A stretch of 39,979 nt of DNA. Origin: a virus (taxonomy: Duplodnaviria > Caudoviricetes). This document shows, in pieces, positions 6,566 through 15,405 of the stretch (its first letter is position 1; each line of letters opens with the position of its first letter). The stretch covers positions 1 to 39,979 of the IMG/VR virus record IMGVR_UViG_3300043384_000015, one strand, 5' to 3'. The translations under genes and the position numbers were made by a program. Below the pieces are notes generated by a model. It was not told the DNA's origin. It made no database searches and saw only the letters and a program-made list of their open reading frames with translations.

Positions 6566-6627
6566 TAGGCAATTGTGCCGACGAACGGTAGGCAAGTACG
6601 CCTTGACTATTTAGACTCATATGCCTA
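6566..6627. promoter_or_regulatory. OR operators (three 16-bp sites)
   Basis: TAGGCAATTGTGCCGA (6566-6581), TAGGCAAGTACGCCTT (6589-6604), TAGACTCATATGCCTA (6612-6627); 23-bp period. Confidence 0.8.
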
Positions 6628-6631
6628 GACT
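6603..6631 (+). promoter_or_regulatory. Rightward promoter PR
   Basis: TTGACT, 17 bp spacer, TAGACT; cro ATG 7 nt downstream. Confidence 0.75.
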
Positions 6632-6638
6632 CCACCGT

Positions 6639-6836
6639 ATGAGTGAAACGATGACGAACCTACGCGCAGACCTTGAGCGCGTCAAAGGGCGGTGGCGACA
6701 GATTGCCGCGGACACTGACGTCGGCTACGACACGGTGTGCAGGATCGGCCGCGGCGACACGCCCGCGCCGCAGATCGACACGTACGAGAAGTTGCGCGGC
6801 TGGCTCGATCAGCACGCGCCCCAGCAAGCCGCCTGA
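6639..6836 (+). CDS. cro: Cro-like HTH protein
   Basis: [33 protein letters not shown]; first gene after PR. Confidence 0.8.
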   Translation: MSETMTNLRADLERVKGRWRQIAADTDVGYDTVCRIGRGDTPAPQIDTYEKLRGWLDQHAPQQAA

Positions 6837-6837
6837 C

Positions 6838-7044
6838 GTGTCCCTCGACCTCCGCGACCTCCGGGCGAAGATCACGCCCGAAACCGAGTGCGCCCTCGAT
6901 GCGTTCGCCGCGGCCGATGGGCTCGACAAGTCGGAGCTCGTTCGCGACATCCTGCACAAGTGGGCGCTGCGCCAGATTCATGCGGCCAGCCTGTTGCAGC
7001 GCGCCATTGCACGCGAGGGAAGATCGGGGAGCGCGGGGGAATGA
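6838..7044 (+). CDS. Ribbon-helix-helix-like regulator in the cII position
   Basis: [32 protein letters not shown]. Confidence 0.7.
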   Translation: MSLDLRDLRAKITPETECALDAFAAADGLDKSELVRDILHKWALRQIHAASLLQRAIAREGRSGSAGE

Positions 7045-7538
7045 GCGCCCGCATTCTGCGATTCGACGAGGCGCAATGGCGCGACCACTGCCAGCGCCGC
7101 GGATGGACAACGCACTTCTCGCCGCCGATCGCGGGCGAGGCAAACGCGCATGACGTCGCAGCGGCGGATGGCCCCAAGCGCAAGCCGGGCAGGGCTTTAC
7201 ACGGTGGCCCCGAAGCATCCGCCGCCGTTGACGTGTCCGAGCGCGACATCCTGAAGGCGTGCATTCGCGCCCTGGCGCTCGACTCTCGCGTCGCCTGGGC
7301 CACGCGGATAAATTCCGGCGCCTATGCAGTCGATGGGCGTTTCGTGCGTTTCGGGTTCAAGGGATGCGCCGACATCATCGGCCAGATGAGCGATGGGCGT
7401 TTCCTCGCCATCGAAGTGAAGCGTGAGGGGAAGAAACCGACCGACGACCAGGTCGCATTCCTCGGCCGCGTCTCGCGTGCCGGCGGGGTCGCGTTCGTCG
7501 CGTGGTCGGCCGACGACATCGGGAAGGGGCTCGCATGA
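7041..7538 (+). CDS. VRR-NUC family nuclease
   Basis: SERDI...GCADIIG...[21 protein letters not shown]. Confidence 0.85.
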   Translation: MSARILRFDEAQWRDHCQRRGWTTHFSPPIAGEANAHDVAAADGPKRKPGRALHGGPEASAAVDVSERDILKACIRALALDSRVAWATRINSGAYAVDGRFVRFGFKGCADIIGQMSDGRFLAIEVKREGKKPTDDQVAFLGRVSRAGGVAFVAWSADDIGKGLA

Positions 7539-7741
7539 CCCGCGTCACGAAATCATGGTTCGTTGAAGGTTCGCGCACCGCTCCCGACGGTAAGACGATC
7601 GAGCGTGTCCGATCGCGTAATTTCCACGTATTCGATGCGGCGACGCAGTACGCGGCAGAACTGCGGAAGGCAACCGACATGCCTGAATCGGTCAACGTCC
7701 GCACCCGTGTCGGCAATGACAAGCTGCAGGGGGACTGGTGA
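7535..7741 (+). CDS. Hypothetical protein
   Basis: ATGA-coupled ORF. Confidence 0.65.
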   Translation: MTRVTKSWFVEGSRTAPDGKTIERVRSRNFHVFDAATQYAAELRKATDMPESVNVRTRVGNDKLQGDW

Positions 7742-8064
7742 ATCAGCCCGACCTCTTCGCCCCGATCACGCGCAAGGGCGATTCCATCGTGCCGCCGGTG
7801 CGTTCTCGACGTCGGGACCCGGCGACCTCGCACGAAGCCGCTGCTCGCGTGACCGAATTCGACGCCAACCATTTCGGGCGAATCATGGACGCGCTGCGCC
7901 AGGGGCCGGCCACGTTCCACCAGATCGCCGCGCGGGCGGGGCTGGATGGCCAGCAGGTGAACAAGAGGCTCCCCGAGCTCGAGCGCGCCGGGGCGGTCGT
8001 CAGGACCGGCGAGAGGCGGCCGAGCCCATCGGGACGGCAATGCGCGGTGTGGCGGGCGGTATGA
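7738..8064 (+). CDS. Winged-HTH DNA-binding protein
   Basis: DPATSHEAA...TFHQIAARAGLDGQQVNKRLPELERAG. Confidence 0.75.
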   Translation: MNQPDLFAPITRKGDSIVPPVRSRRRDPATSHEAAARVTEFDANHFGRIMDALRQGPATFHQIAARAGLDGQQVNKRLPELERAGAVVRTGERRPSPSGRQCAVWRAV

Positions 8065-8192
8065 CGCGCGTCGGCGTCACGCGCTGCCCCTGCTGCCAAC
8101 GGCACATGTCCGACCATTGGCGGCTAGCCATTGTTCGCTGCATCAATCCGCGCTGTCGGGACTTCGACCGTTGGTATCGCGTGAAGGGGTAG
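8061..8192 (+). CDS. Small Cys-rich protein
   Basis: ATGA-coupled; CPCC...CINPRC. Confidence 0.5.
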   Translation: MTRVGVTRCPCCQRHMSDHWRLAIVRCINPRCRDFDRWYRVKG

Positions 8193-8194
8193 CC

Positions 8195-8866
8195 GTGGCG
8201 GGGGATTGGATCAAGGTCGAGCACGCCACCCGGCGTAAACCGGAAGTGCTGCTCGCCGCCGAGATGCTGGGGATCTCGCGCCGCGAAGCCGTCGGACTGT
8301 TCCTGGACTACTTTCTGTGGCTCGATGAAGCCCTCCCTGCCGCGTTCGCAAATCGTGACGCTGTTGTTACGCACATGTCACGCAAGAGTTTCGACATGGT
8401 TCTCGACTGTGCCGGATTTGCCGCTACATTGGAGTGTATTGGGTGGGCAAAGTTCGATGACGATGCCCATACTTTGACCGTCATCAACGCCGATTCGCAC
8501 AACGGAAAGGCAGCAAAATCAAGATGTTTGGCCCGCAACAGGATGAAACGTATGCGTGACGATGTTGTTACGCCAACTGCGTCACTAGAGAAGAGAAGAG
8601 AAGAGAATAAAAAGAACGTAGAAGAAAAAGCCGCGGCCGTGCAGATCACGGCACCCACCGACAAGCACCGGACTCTCGCTGCCGAACTCGGGGTGAACTG
8701 CGACAACGAGTGGGCGGCGTTCAACGACCGGATCGCCGCGAAGGGGAAGGCGTGGTTCACCGACAAGGAATCGGCGTTCAGCGGATGGCTGCGGCAGGAG
8801 CGCAAATACGCGGAGCGGGACGGCCGGCTTCCGAAGATCGTGGCGAAGCGCCAGGTTGCGCTATGA
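8195..8866 (+). CDS. Replication initiator (lambda-O-like/replisome organiser)
   Basis: AGDWIKVE N-terminus; LEKRREENKK linker over an A-rich tract; C-terminal AFSGWLR; precedes the helicase. Confidence 0.8.
   Translation: MAGDWIKVEHATRRKPEVLLAAEMLGISRREAVGLFLDYFLWLDEALPAAFANRDAVVTHMSRKSFDMVLDCAGFAATLECIGWAKFDDDAHTLTVINADSHNGKAAKSRCLARNRMKRMRDDVVTPTASLEKRREENKKNVEEKAAAVQITAPTDKHRTLAAELGVNCDNEWAAFNDRIAAKGKAWFTDKESAFSGWLRQERKYAERDGRLPKIVAKRQVAL
8354..8630. other. Putative replication origin (iterons plus purine/A-rich tract) inside the initiator gene
   Basis: CGTGACG(C/A)TGTTGTTACGC at 8354-8372 and 8555-8573, followed by AGAGAAGAGAAGAGAAGAGAATAAAAAGAA. Confidence 0.6.
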
Positions 8867-9810
8867 CTGCCGTCGTGCCAATCCGCCCCTCGGTCCATGT
8901 CAACCTTGCGGATCTCTACCGCCGCGGCCTCGAGCTCTACCGCAGCGGCGGGATGCCAGCGGGATCGTCGACCGGCTGGTCCTCGATCGACGCGCTCTAC
9001 ACGGTCGGGATGGGGCAGTGGACCGCGGTGACGGGGACACCTGGGAGCGGGAAATCGGAGTGGCTCGACGCGCTCCTGGTCAACCTTGCCGAGCACGAGA
9101 ACTGGCTCTTTGCCCTCTATTCGCCGGAGAACTTTCCGACCGAAGGCCACCTGGTCAAGCTGGTCGAAAAGCGGATTCGGAAGCCGTTCTCGCCGGGAAT
9201 CACGCCCCGCATGAGCGAGCAAGAATACGCCAACGGCGCGGCGTGGGTGCTCGAGCATTTCCTGTGGTTGGAGACCGAGCTAAAGACGCCAGACGAACTG
9301 ATCGAGGCGGCGCTTTCCTACGGGGCGGGGCGGAAGCTCGGGGTTGTGCTCGATCCGTGGAACACGCTCGAGCATCAGCGCGGCGGGATGACGGAGACCG
9401 ACTACGTCAGTTTCATCCTGACCGAGGTCACGAAAATGGCGCGCACAGCAAACGCGCACGTGTGGCTCGTCGTGCATCCGGCGAAGATCCCGCGCAACAA
9501 GGACGGCACGCGGCCAGTCCCGACTCCCTACGACATCAGCGGCTCGGCGCACTGGTACAACAAGGCCGACAACGTGGTGACGATTCACCGCGACCAAGCC
9601 TCGGGAGCACAGACGGTAGAGGTTCATGTTCAGAAGATTCGCTTCAAGCATCTCGGTCATCCTGGTCTCGCGGCGCTCATGTACGAGCGAGCCACAGGGC
9701 GCTATTTCGAGGGGCCAGAGGTGCCGATCGAGGGCGTCGTGTACTCGGACCCCGAACGCGCGCAGAAGCCGCCCACGAGGCGGGAACCCGGCCAGGACGA
9801 CGCAGCATGA
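8863..9810 (+). CDS. SF4 replicative helicase (Twinkle/T7 gp4-like helicase domain, no primase)
   Basis: Walker A GTPGSGKSEW, VVLDPWNTL, HVWLVVHP, YDISGSAHWYNKADN, VQKIRF. Confidence 0.85.
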   Translation: MTAVVPIRPSVHVNLADLYRRGLELYRSGGMPAGSSTGWSSIDALYTVGMGQWTAVTGTPGSGKSEWLDALLVNLAEHENWLFALYSPENFPTEGHLVKLVEKRIRKPFSPGITPRMSEQEYANGAAWVLEHFLWLETELKTPDELIEAALSYGAGRKLGVVLDPWNTLEHQRGGMTETDYVSFILTEVTKMARTANAHVWLVVHPAKIPRNKDGTRPVPTPYDISGSAHWYNKADNVVTIHRDQASGAQTVEVHVQKIRFKHLGHPGLAALMYERATGRYFEGPEVPIEGVVYSDPERAQKPPTRREPGQDDAA

Positions 9811-10031
9811 GCCGCAAGTCTGAGCTTTACGCCGTGGTCGCGGACCTCGCTGCACTCCGCTACGGCAATGCCAGCATCGCCCGCGCTCTCGTCCTCTGCG
9901 GCTGTCCCTGCACCGCTCGCCGGATTCAGCAGATCGTCGACGACCTCGGCCTCACGCCACCGATCATCCGCACCCTCGCGGACATTCCCGCCGGCTTCAG
10001 CGAACGCATCGAGTCCGTGCCGAATCGGTAG
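9807..10031 (+). CDS. Hypothetical protein, possible HTH late regulator
   Basis: ATGA-coupled; last gene before the packaging operon. Confidence 0.55.
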   Translation: MSRKSELYAVVADLAALRYGNASIARALVLCGCPCTARRIQQIVDDLGLTPPIIRTLADIPAGFSERIESVPNR

Positions 10032-10075
10032 CTGAACTCCTGCACCTCCCGCCATAGCGCGATATCGTCGCGCGC

Positions 10076-10279
10076 ATGGCGACGTTGACCGCAGCCGCAC
10101 GACACGCGCTCCCCGCGTCGAAGTTCGCGCTCCCCGGCGGACGCTATCCGATCGAGGATAGAAGCCACGCCGGCAACGCCAAGGCCCGCGCCAAGCAGCA
10201 GCTCGACGCTGGCAACCTATCCCCAGCCGACTACAAGCGCGTGGTGCGCATGGCAAACCGCGTGCTGGGGAAGGCATGA
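10076..10279 (+). CDS. Small phage protein (RYPIEDRSHAGNAKAR)
   Basis: 67-aa ORF coupled to terS. Confidence 0.75.
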   Translation: MATLTAAARHALPASKFALPGGRYPIEDRSHAGNAKARAKQQLDAGNLSPADYKRVVRMANRVLGKA

Positions 10280-10665
10280 CCCCGGAGGTGCAGGCCCGAG
10301 TCGTCGAGCATATTCGGGCGGGCGACCTGCTCGAAGCATTCTGCGGCAAGGACGGAATCCCCCACCGCAGCACCGTGTGGCGGCACCAGTTGGAGAACGC
10401 GGAATTCGCGACGCAATGTGCGCGCGCGCGGGAACTGTCTGCCGACGTCGTAGAGGCTCGGGTTGCGACCGTGGTCGAGGGCGTGCTGTCGGGTGATATC
10501 GCGCACGACGCCGGCCGCGTCGGCATCAACGGCCTCACCTGGCTCGCGAAGGTGCGAGCGCCCAAGGTCTACGGCGACAAGGTCGAGATCGACGCTAAGG
10601 TCAGCATCGGCGACGCGGTAATCGAACGCCTGGCGCGTGCCCGCTCCGACAAGGAAGCCGCGTGA
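10276..10665 (+). CDS. terS: Terminase small subunit (Sf6-like)
   Basis: GDLLEAFCGKDGIPHRSTVWRH...EFATQCARARE...WLAKVRAPKVYGDKVE. Confidence 0.85.
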   Translation: MTPEVQARVVEHIRAGDLLEAFCGKDGIPHRSTVWRHQLENAEFATQCARARELSADVVEARVATVVEGVLSGDIAHDAGRVGINGLTWLAKVRAPKVYGDKVEIDAKVSIGDAVIERLARARSDKEAA

Positions 10666-10910
10666 ACGGCGACATCGTCATTCGGCTGCGCCAGCGTACC
10701 GGCAGCGAGCGCATGGGGCCGATCGCGCACCCGTACGTGCTCGAGGTGGGCATCGAAGGCGTGCGCGACGGCAAGCCGAACGGCAAGATGATCGCGGTCT
10801 ACCTGCAGAACGAGGCACAGATCGCGGACGCGCTGCGCATCGCCGCCGACAAGTGGGAACAGGAACGCAAGCGCATCATCGACACCGGCCGCGTGATGGT
10901 GCTGCAGTGA
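10662..10910 (+). CDS. Hypothetical protein between terS and terL
   Basis: GTGA-coupled at both ends. Confidence 0.7.
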   Translation: MNGDIVIRLRQRTGSERMGPIAHPYVLEVGIEGVRDGKPNGKMIAVYLQNEAQIADALRIAADKWEQERKRIIDTGRVMVLQ

Positions 10911-12346
10911 ATCTCCCGGCTGGCGAACTCGCGCTGGTCGACTCCGTCCCGTTGTGGTTCAACGATCCGCTGCGCTACGTGCGCGAGGCGTTCGATTGGG
11001 GCCGCGGCGAGCTCATCGACTTTGAGGGGCCGGACGTCTGGCAGGTCGACGTCCTGCGCGACATTGGCAACGGTACGCTCCAAACGGGCGAGGCGCTGCG
11101 CATCGCCGTCGCTTCGGGCCACGGCATCGGCAAGTCGTCGCTGATCGCGTGGATCATCCTGTGGGCGATGTCGACGCGCCCGCATCTCAACGGCGTCTGC
11201 ACCGCCAACACCAGCATCCAACTCGAAACGAAGACCTGGCGCGAGTTGGCGCTGTGGCACAAGCGCGCGATCAATCGCCACTGGTTCGAGTGGACGGCGA
11301 CCAAGTTCTACCAGGTCGACCACCAGGAGACGTGGTTCGTCTCCGCGATCCCGTGGCGCGAGGAGCGTTCCGAAGCCTTCGCCGGCACTCACGCCGAACA
11401 CGTCCTGATGCTGATGGACGAGGGCAGCGCGATCGCCGATGTGATCTGGGAAGTGTCCGAAGGCGCCATGACCACGCCGGGCGCGATCTGGTGCGTGTTC
11501 GGGAATCCGACCAAGAACACCGGCCGCTTCCGCGAATGCTTCGGTGCTCACCGCGCCCGCTGGAACACGCGACAGATCGACAGCCGCACCTCGAAGCTGC
11601 CCTCGGTCAACCAGGCCGAGATCGCCTCGCAGGTGCAAACCTACGGCGAGGACAGCGACTTCATCCGTGTTCGTGTCCGTGGTGTTTTCCCGCGGGCCAG
11701 CGACGCGCAGTTCATCAACAGCGAGGCCGTCGAGAGAGCGCAAGAGCGTGAGATAACACTCGACCGCGGGGCCGCCCTGGTGATGGGCGTGGACGTCGCC
11801 CGCTTCGGCGGCGACCAGTCGATCATCCGCTTCCGCGCTGGCCGTGATGCCCGAAGCTGGAAGCCGATGAAGTTCCGCGGCCTCGACACCATGCAGATCG
11901 CGGGCTTCGTCTGCGAGGCTGCCGACAAGTACCAACCCGAGGCCATCTTCATCGATGGCAACGGGGTCGGCGGCGGGGTGGTCGATCGCTGCAAGAGTCT
12001 CGGCTACCGCGTGCGCGAGGTGCAGTTCGGCGCCAAGCCGCGCAAAGAGTTGGACTACGCGAACAAGCGCGCCGAGTGCTGGGGCGAGATGCGGGCATGG
12101 GTCGACAGCGGCTGCATCGACGCCGACAAGGATCTGGCCGCCGACATGACGGCGGTGCAGTACGGCTTCGACAACCAGAATCGCATCCAGCTCGAGCGCA
12201 AAGAGGACATGAAGAAGCGCGGGCTTGCTTCGCCCGACGACGGCGATGCTCTCGCGCTGACCTTCGCCGAGCCGATCGCGCGCGCCGATTCCCCGATGCG
12301 CCCGCGACGTGCTCAGTTCGCCGACGCCGGCAACGTGTTCAGCTAG
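10907..12346 (+). CDS. terL: Terminase large subunit
   Basis: Walker A ASGHGIGKS, Walker B LMLMDEGS, FGNPT, nuclease GVDVARFGGD, SPDDGDALALTF. Confidence 0.95.
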   Translation: MNLPAGELALVDSVPLWFNDPLRYVREAFDWGRGELIDFEGPDVWQVDVLRDIGNGTLQTGEALRIAVASGHGIGKSSLIAWIILWAMSTRPHLNGVCTANTSIQLETKTWRELALWHKRAINRHWFEWTATKFYQVDHQETWFVSAIPWREERSEAFAGTHAEHVLMLMDEGSAIADVIWEVSEGAMTTPGAIWCVFGNPTKNTGRFRECFGAHRARWNTRQIDSRTSKLPSVNQAEIASQVQTYGEDSDFIRVRVRGVFPRASDAQFINSEAVERAQEREITLDRGAALVMGVDVARFGGDQSIIRFRAGRDARSWKPMKFRGLDTMQIAGFVCEAADKYQPEAIFIDGNGVGGGVVDRCKSLGYRVREVQFGAKPRKELDYANKRAECWGEMRAWVDSGCIDADKDLAADMTAVQYGFDNQNRIQLERKEDMKKRGLASPDDGDALALTFAEPIARADSPMRPRRAQFADAGNVFS

Positions 12347-12356
12347 GGAGAGTGGC

Positions 12357-12560
12357 GTGAGCATATTGTTCTCGAAGCCGAAGGTTGCAGCACCACCGCC
12401 GACACCGGCGCCTCCACCGCCCGCGCCGACGGTCGACCAGGCGAGCGCGCAATCCGACTACGCCGACCGGCTGCGCAAGCGCCGGGGGTTCGCGTCGACG
12501 ATCATCGTTCCCGATAACGGCAATTCGCTAGGCGGCGCGTCCGCAGTGTTGGGCGGATGA
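12357..12560 (+). CDS. Small virion protein (T7 gp7.3-like position)
   Basis: Pro-rich; RKRRGFASTI...LGG pattern typical of pre-portal genes. Confidence 0.7.
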   Translation: MSILFSKPKVAAPPPTPAPPPPAPTVDQASAQSDYADRLRKRRGFASTIIVPDNGNSLGGASAVLGG

Positions 12561-12835
12561 CGATGACTCACCACGTCCCAGAACTGCTGACGGGATTTTT
12601 CACGCCGAAGACGATGCTGCATGCATCGGACCAAGTGTTTCCGGGGCTGTCGCTGCCCGCTACGCCGACACCTGCGCCGACTGCGATGGCCGCTGCTGGC
12701 GCTTTGTCAACGGCGCCATCCTCGATGACGATAGACCCCGTCGACAAGCGCAAGAAGCAACGCATGTACGCGTCGTCTATCGTCGCGCCCGAAGCATCGC
12801 AATCGCTCGGCGGCGCCGCTGCCGTGCTCGGCTAG
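12557..12835 (+). CDS. Paralog of the preceding small virion protein
   Basis: RKKQRMYASSIV...SLGGAAAVLG resembles RKRRGFASTIIV...SLGGASAVLGG. Confidence 0.7.
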   Translation: MTMTHHVPELLTGFFTPKTMLHASDQVFPGLSLPATPTPAPTAMAAAGALSTAPSSMTIDPVDKRKKQRMYASSIVAPEASQSLGGAAAVLG

Positions 12836-12844
12836 GAGCCCGCC

Positions 12845-13162
12845 ATGTTCAACAACTACCTGCTCGACAAGCCCGCAGCCCTGCTCGCGGCCGACACCAA
12901 CGGTCCGGCGTGGGTCTCGCGCGGCGGCAACGCCGTAGCCTGCGCCTTCGGCACCTTCGGCGGCGGCACGTTCAAGCTGCAATTCTCGCCTGACGGCGGG
13001 GCGTCGTGGGTCGATTATTCGCCGCAGAACGGCGTGGCGCTCACGCTGACCGCGAACGGCTCGCTGGTGTTCCGCCTGCCGCCGGGACAGTTCCGCAGCG
13101 TGCTGACCGGATCGACGGCGCCCTCGCTCAACTATTTCGTGACCACCGCGGACGGGGATTAA
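12845..13162 (+). CDS. Beta-rich putative virion protein with an Asp-box
   Basis: AGGAG RBS; LQFSPDGGASWVD. Confidence 0.75.
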   Translation: MFNNYLLDKPAALLAADTNGPAWVSRGGNAVACAFGTFGGGTFKLQFSPDGGASWVDYSPQNGVALTLTANGSLVFRLPPGQFRSVLTGSTAPSLNYFVTTADGD

Positions 13163-14833
13163 GTGGCTGATGCTGCTGCCGAGGAACTGATTCTGCGGTT
13201 GAACGACCGCCAAGGCCGGATGAAGACCTACCGGTCGGTGTTCGACTCGCACTGGCAGGAGGTGGCGTTGCGGGTGTTCCCCGAGAACGACACCTTTCTC
13301 GCCTCGCACGTGCCCGGCACCAAGCGCAGCGAGCGCATCTTTGACTCGACCGCGGTCCGAGCATTGCCGCGCTTCGCCGCGGCGATGATGAGCCTGATCG
13401 TGCCGGCCACGCAGAAGTGGCACGACCTGTCGCTCGACGACCCCCAACTCGCCGAGAACGACGAGGTCGAGGCGTGGCTCGAAGCGGTGCGCGACATCAT
13501 GTTCGCCGTTCGATCACAACCCCGGTCGCGCTTCTACCAGAACGTGTACCAGGTCATGCGCCAGATCGGCGCCTTCGGCAACGGGCCGATGTTCGTCGAT
13601 GACCTGCCGGGCAAGGCGATCATGTACCGCGCGATCGACCTCGCGAATGTGTGGTGGGAGGAGGACTACTGCGGCGCGATTGACATCGTGCATCGGACCT
13701 ACGATGCCGACGCGCGCCGGCTGCTGCAGGAGTTCGGGACGCTGCCGCCGAAGATCGCGCAGAACTACGACTCAGCGAACCCGCAGAAGAATCGCAAGTA
13801 CAAGGTGCTGCACGCGATCGAGCCGAATCCGAAGATCGACTACTCGCGGCTCGACATGGCGGGCAAGCCGTACCTGTCGTCCTACATCTGCCTCGACACG
13901 CGCGAGATCCTGTCGCAGGGCGGCTATTCGACCTTTCCCTGGTGCATCGGGCGCTACGATCAGGCGGCGGGCGAGAACTACGGCCGCGGGCCGGCGATGG
14001 AAGCCCTGGCCGACATCAAGAGCTTGAACGAGATGAGCAAGAGCACGCTGCGTGCCGGGCAACGTGCCGTAGAACCTCCGCTGCTCGCCTTCGAGGACGG
14101 CATCCTGCAGGCGTTCTCGACGCGCTCTAACGCGATCAACTATGGCGGCCTGGATGCCCAAGGGCGTGAACTCCTGAAGCCGTTGCAGACCGGCGGCAAC
14201 CTGCAGCTTGGTCTCGACATGGAGAACCAGCGCCGCGACTCGATCAATGATTCGTTCCTCGTCACGCTGTGGAAGCTGATCGTCGAGAACCCGAACATGA
14301 CCGCCACCGCGGTCCTCACCCTGGCGCAGGAAAAGGGCGAGTTGCTCGGCCCTGTTGCTGGCCGGCTGCAGTCAGACCTCCTCGGCCCGATGATCGAGCG
14401 CGAGCTCGACATCCTTGGGCGCGCCGGGGTATTGCCGGCGCCGCCGGATGTGGTGCTGCAGGCCGGGGCGAAGATCAAGGTCGTCTACTCGTCGCCGCTC
14501 AACCGCATCGCGCGGGCGTCGGAGGCGGTCGCGATTCAGCGCTGGTTCGAGATCATGACGCCGATGGCGCAGATCGATCCCAGCGCTTTGGACACACTCG
14601 ACCCTGACCGCGCGGCGAAGGAACTGGCCGAGATTCTCGGCGTGCCGTCGCAGGTTCAGCGCACGGACGTCGAACTCGCGGCGCTCAAGGATCAGCGGGC
14701 GCAGCAAGCGCAAGCCGAAATGCTCATCAAAGCCGCGCCAGTGGCGTCGGGAACGGTCAAAGACCTCGCTGACGCGCAGGCCAAGGCCGCGTCCGCGCCA
14801 CAGCCGGCCTCCGTGCTGCCGATGGCCGCATGA
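13163..14833 (+). CDS. Portal / head-tail connector (T7 gp8-like)
   Basis: 556 aa; IFDSTA, AFGNGPMFV, GENYGRGPAMEALADIK, MTATAV motifs. Confidence 0.95.
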   Translation: MADAAAEELILRLNDRQGRMKTYRSVFDSHWQEVALRVFPENDTFLASHVPGTKRSERIFDSTAVRALPRFAAAMMSLIVPATQKWHDLSLDDPQLAENDEVEAWLEAVRDIMFAVRSQPRSRFYQNVYQVMRQIGAFGNGPMFVDDLPGKAIMYRAIDLANVWWEEDYCGAIDIVHRTYDADARRLLQEFGTLPPKIAQNYDSANPQKNRKYKVLHAIEPNPKIDYSRLDMAGKPYLSSYICLDTREILSQGGYSTFPWCIGRYDQAAGENYGRGPAMEALADIKSLNEMSKSTLRAGQRAVEPPLLAFEDGILQAFSTRSNAINYGGLDAQGRELLKPLQTGGNLQLGLDMENQRRDSINDSFLVTLWKLIVENPNMTATAVLTLAQEKGELLGPVAGRLQSDLLGPMIERELDILGRAGVLPAPPDVVLQAGAKIKVVYSSPLNRIARASEAVAIQRWFEIMTPMAQIDPSALDTLDPDRAAKELAEILGVPSQVQRTDVELAALKDQRAQQAQAEMLIKAAPVASGTVKDLADAQAKAASAPQPASVLPMAA

Positions 14834-15135
14834 GCCTCGACGCGGTCGTTCGTCGGCTGTCGTCGAAACATCGGGCCTTCGTGGAGACGTTCCTCGATCG
14901 CGACGGGAATCCTGCCGCGGGCGCTCCGGCGACCGTGCTGGCGCACCTGCAGGCGTTCTGCCGCGGCGATCGCTCGTCGGTCGCGGTGGCGTCCGATGGG
15001 CACGTCGATCCGTACGCCACCTGCATGGCCGAAGGGCGGCGCGAAGTGTGGCTGGAAATCCAGAAGTACCTCGCCCTCGACGAGCGCGCCATGCACCGCT
15101 GGGCCGTAGAGATCGCCAACAGGGAGAACGAATGA
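14830..15135 (+). CDS. Bbp19-like conserved post-portal protein
   Basis: VLAHLQAFC...DPYAT...EGRREVWLEI. Confidence 0.75.
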   Translation: MSLDAVVRRLSSKHRAFVETFLDRDGNPAAGAPATVLAHLQAFCRGDRSSVAVASDGHVDPYATCMAEGRREVWLEIQKYLALDERAMHRWAVEIANRENE

Positions 15136-15404
15136 GCATTCGCTTGCACATCGAGGACGACGACGAGTCGCCGGTCCCGGTCCTGAACTTTGACGAGATC
15201 GTGTTCCGGCCATCGATCGCGCACGGCGGCTGGGACTGCAAGTTCTACGTCAACGGGCTCGGCAGCGTCGAGAACGTGCGCATCGCGACGCTGAACATCA
15301 GCAACGTCGTCGCCGCGATGATCGAGGCGTCGAAGGTGCTCTACCAAGGGGCGAAGGATTTGCCAGTCAACAATTTCGAGATGACCGTCACGAGGGGACA
15401 CTGA
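15132..15404 (+). CDS. Hypothetical protein
   Basis: GGGAG RBS; ATGA-coupled. Confidence 0.7.
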   Translation: MSIRLHIEDDDESPVPVLNFDEIVFRPSIAHGGWDCKFYVNGLGSVENVRIATLNISNVVAAMIEASKVLYQGAKDLPVNNFEMTVTRGH

Positions 15405-15405
15405 C

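Noticed and set aside
8586-8605. (AGAGA)n tract as a phase-variable microsatellite
   Set aside because: It encodes the EKRREE linker typical of phage initiators and is better explained as part of the origin
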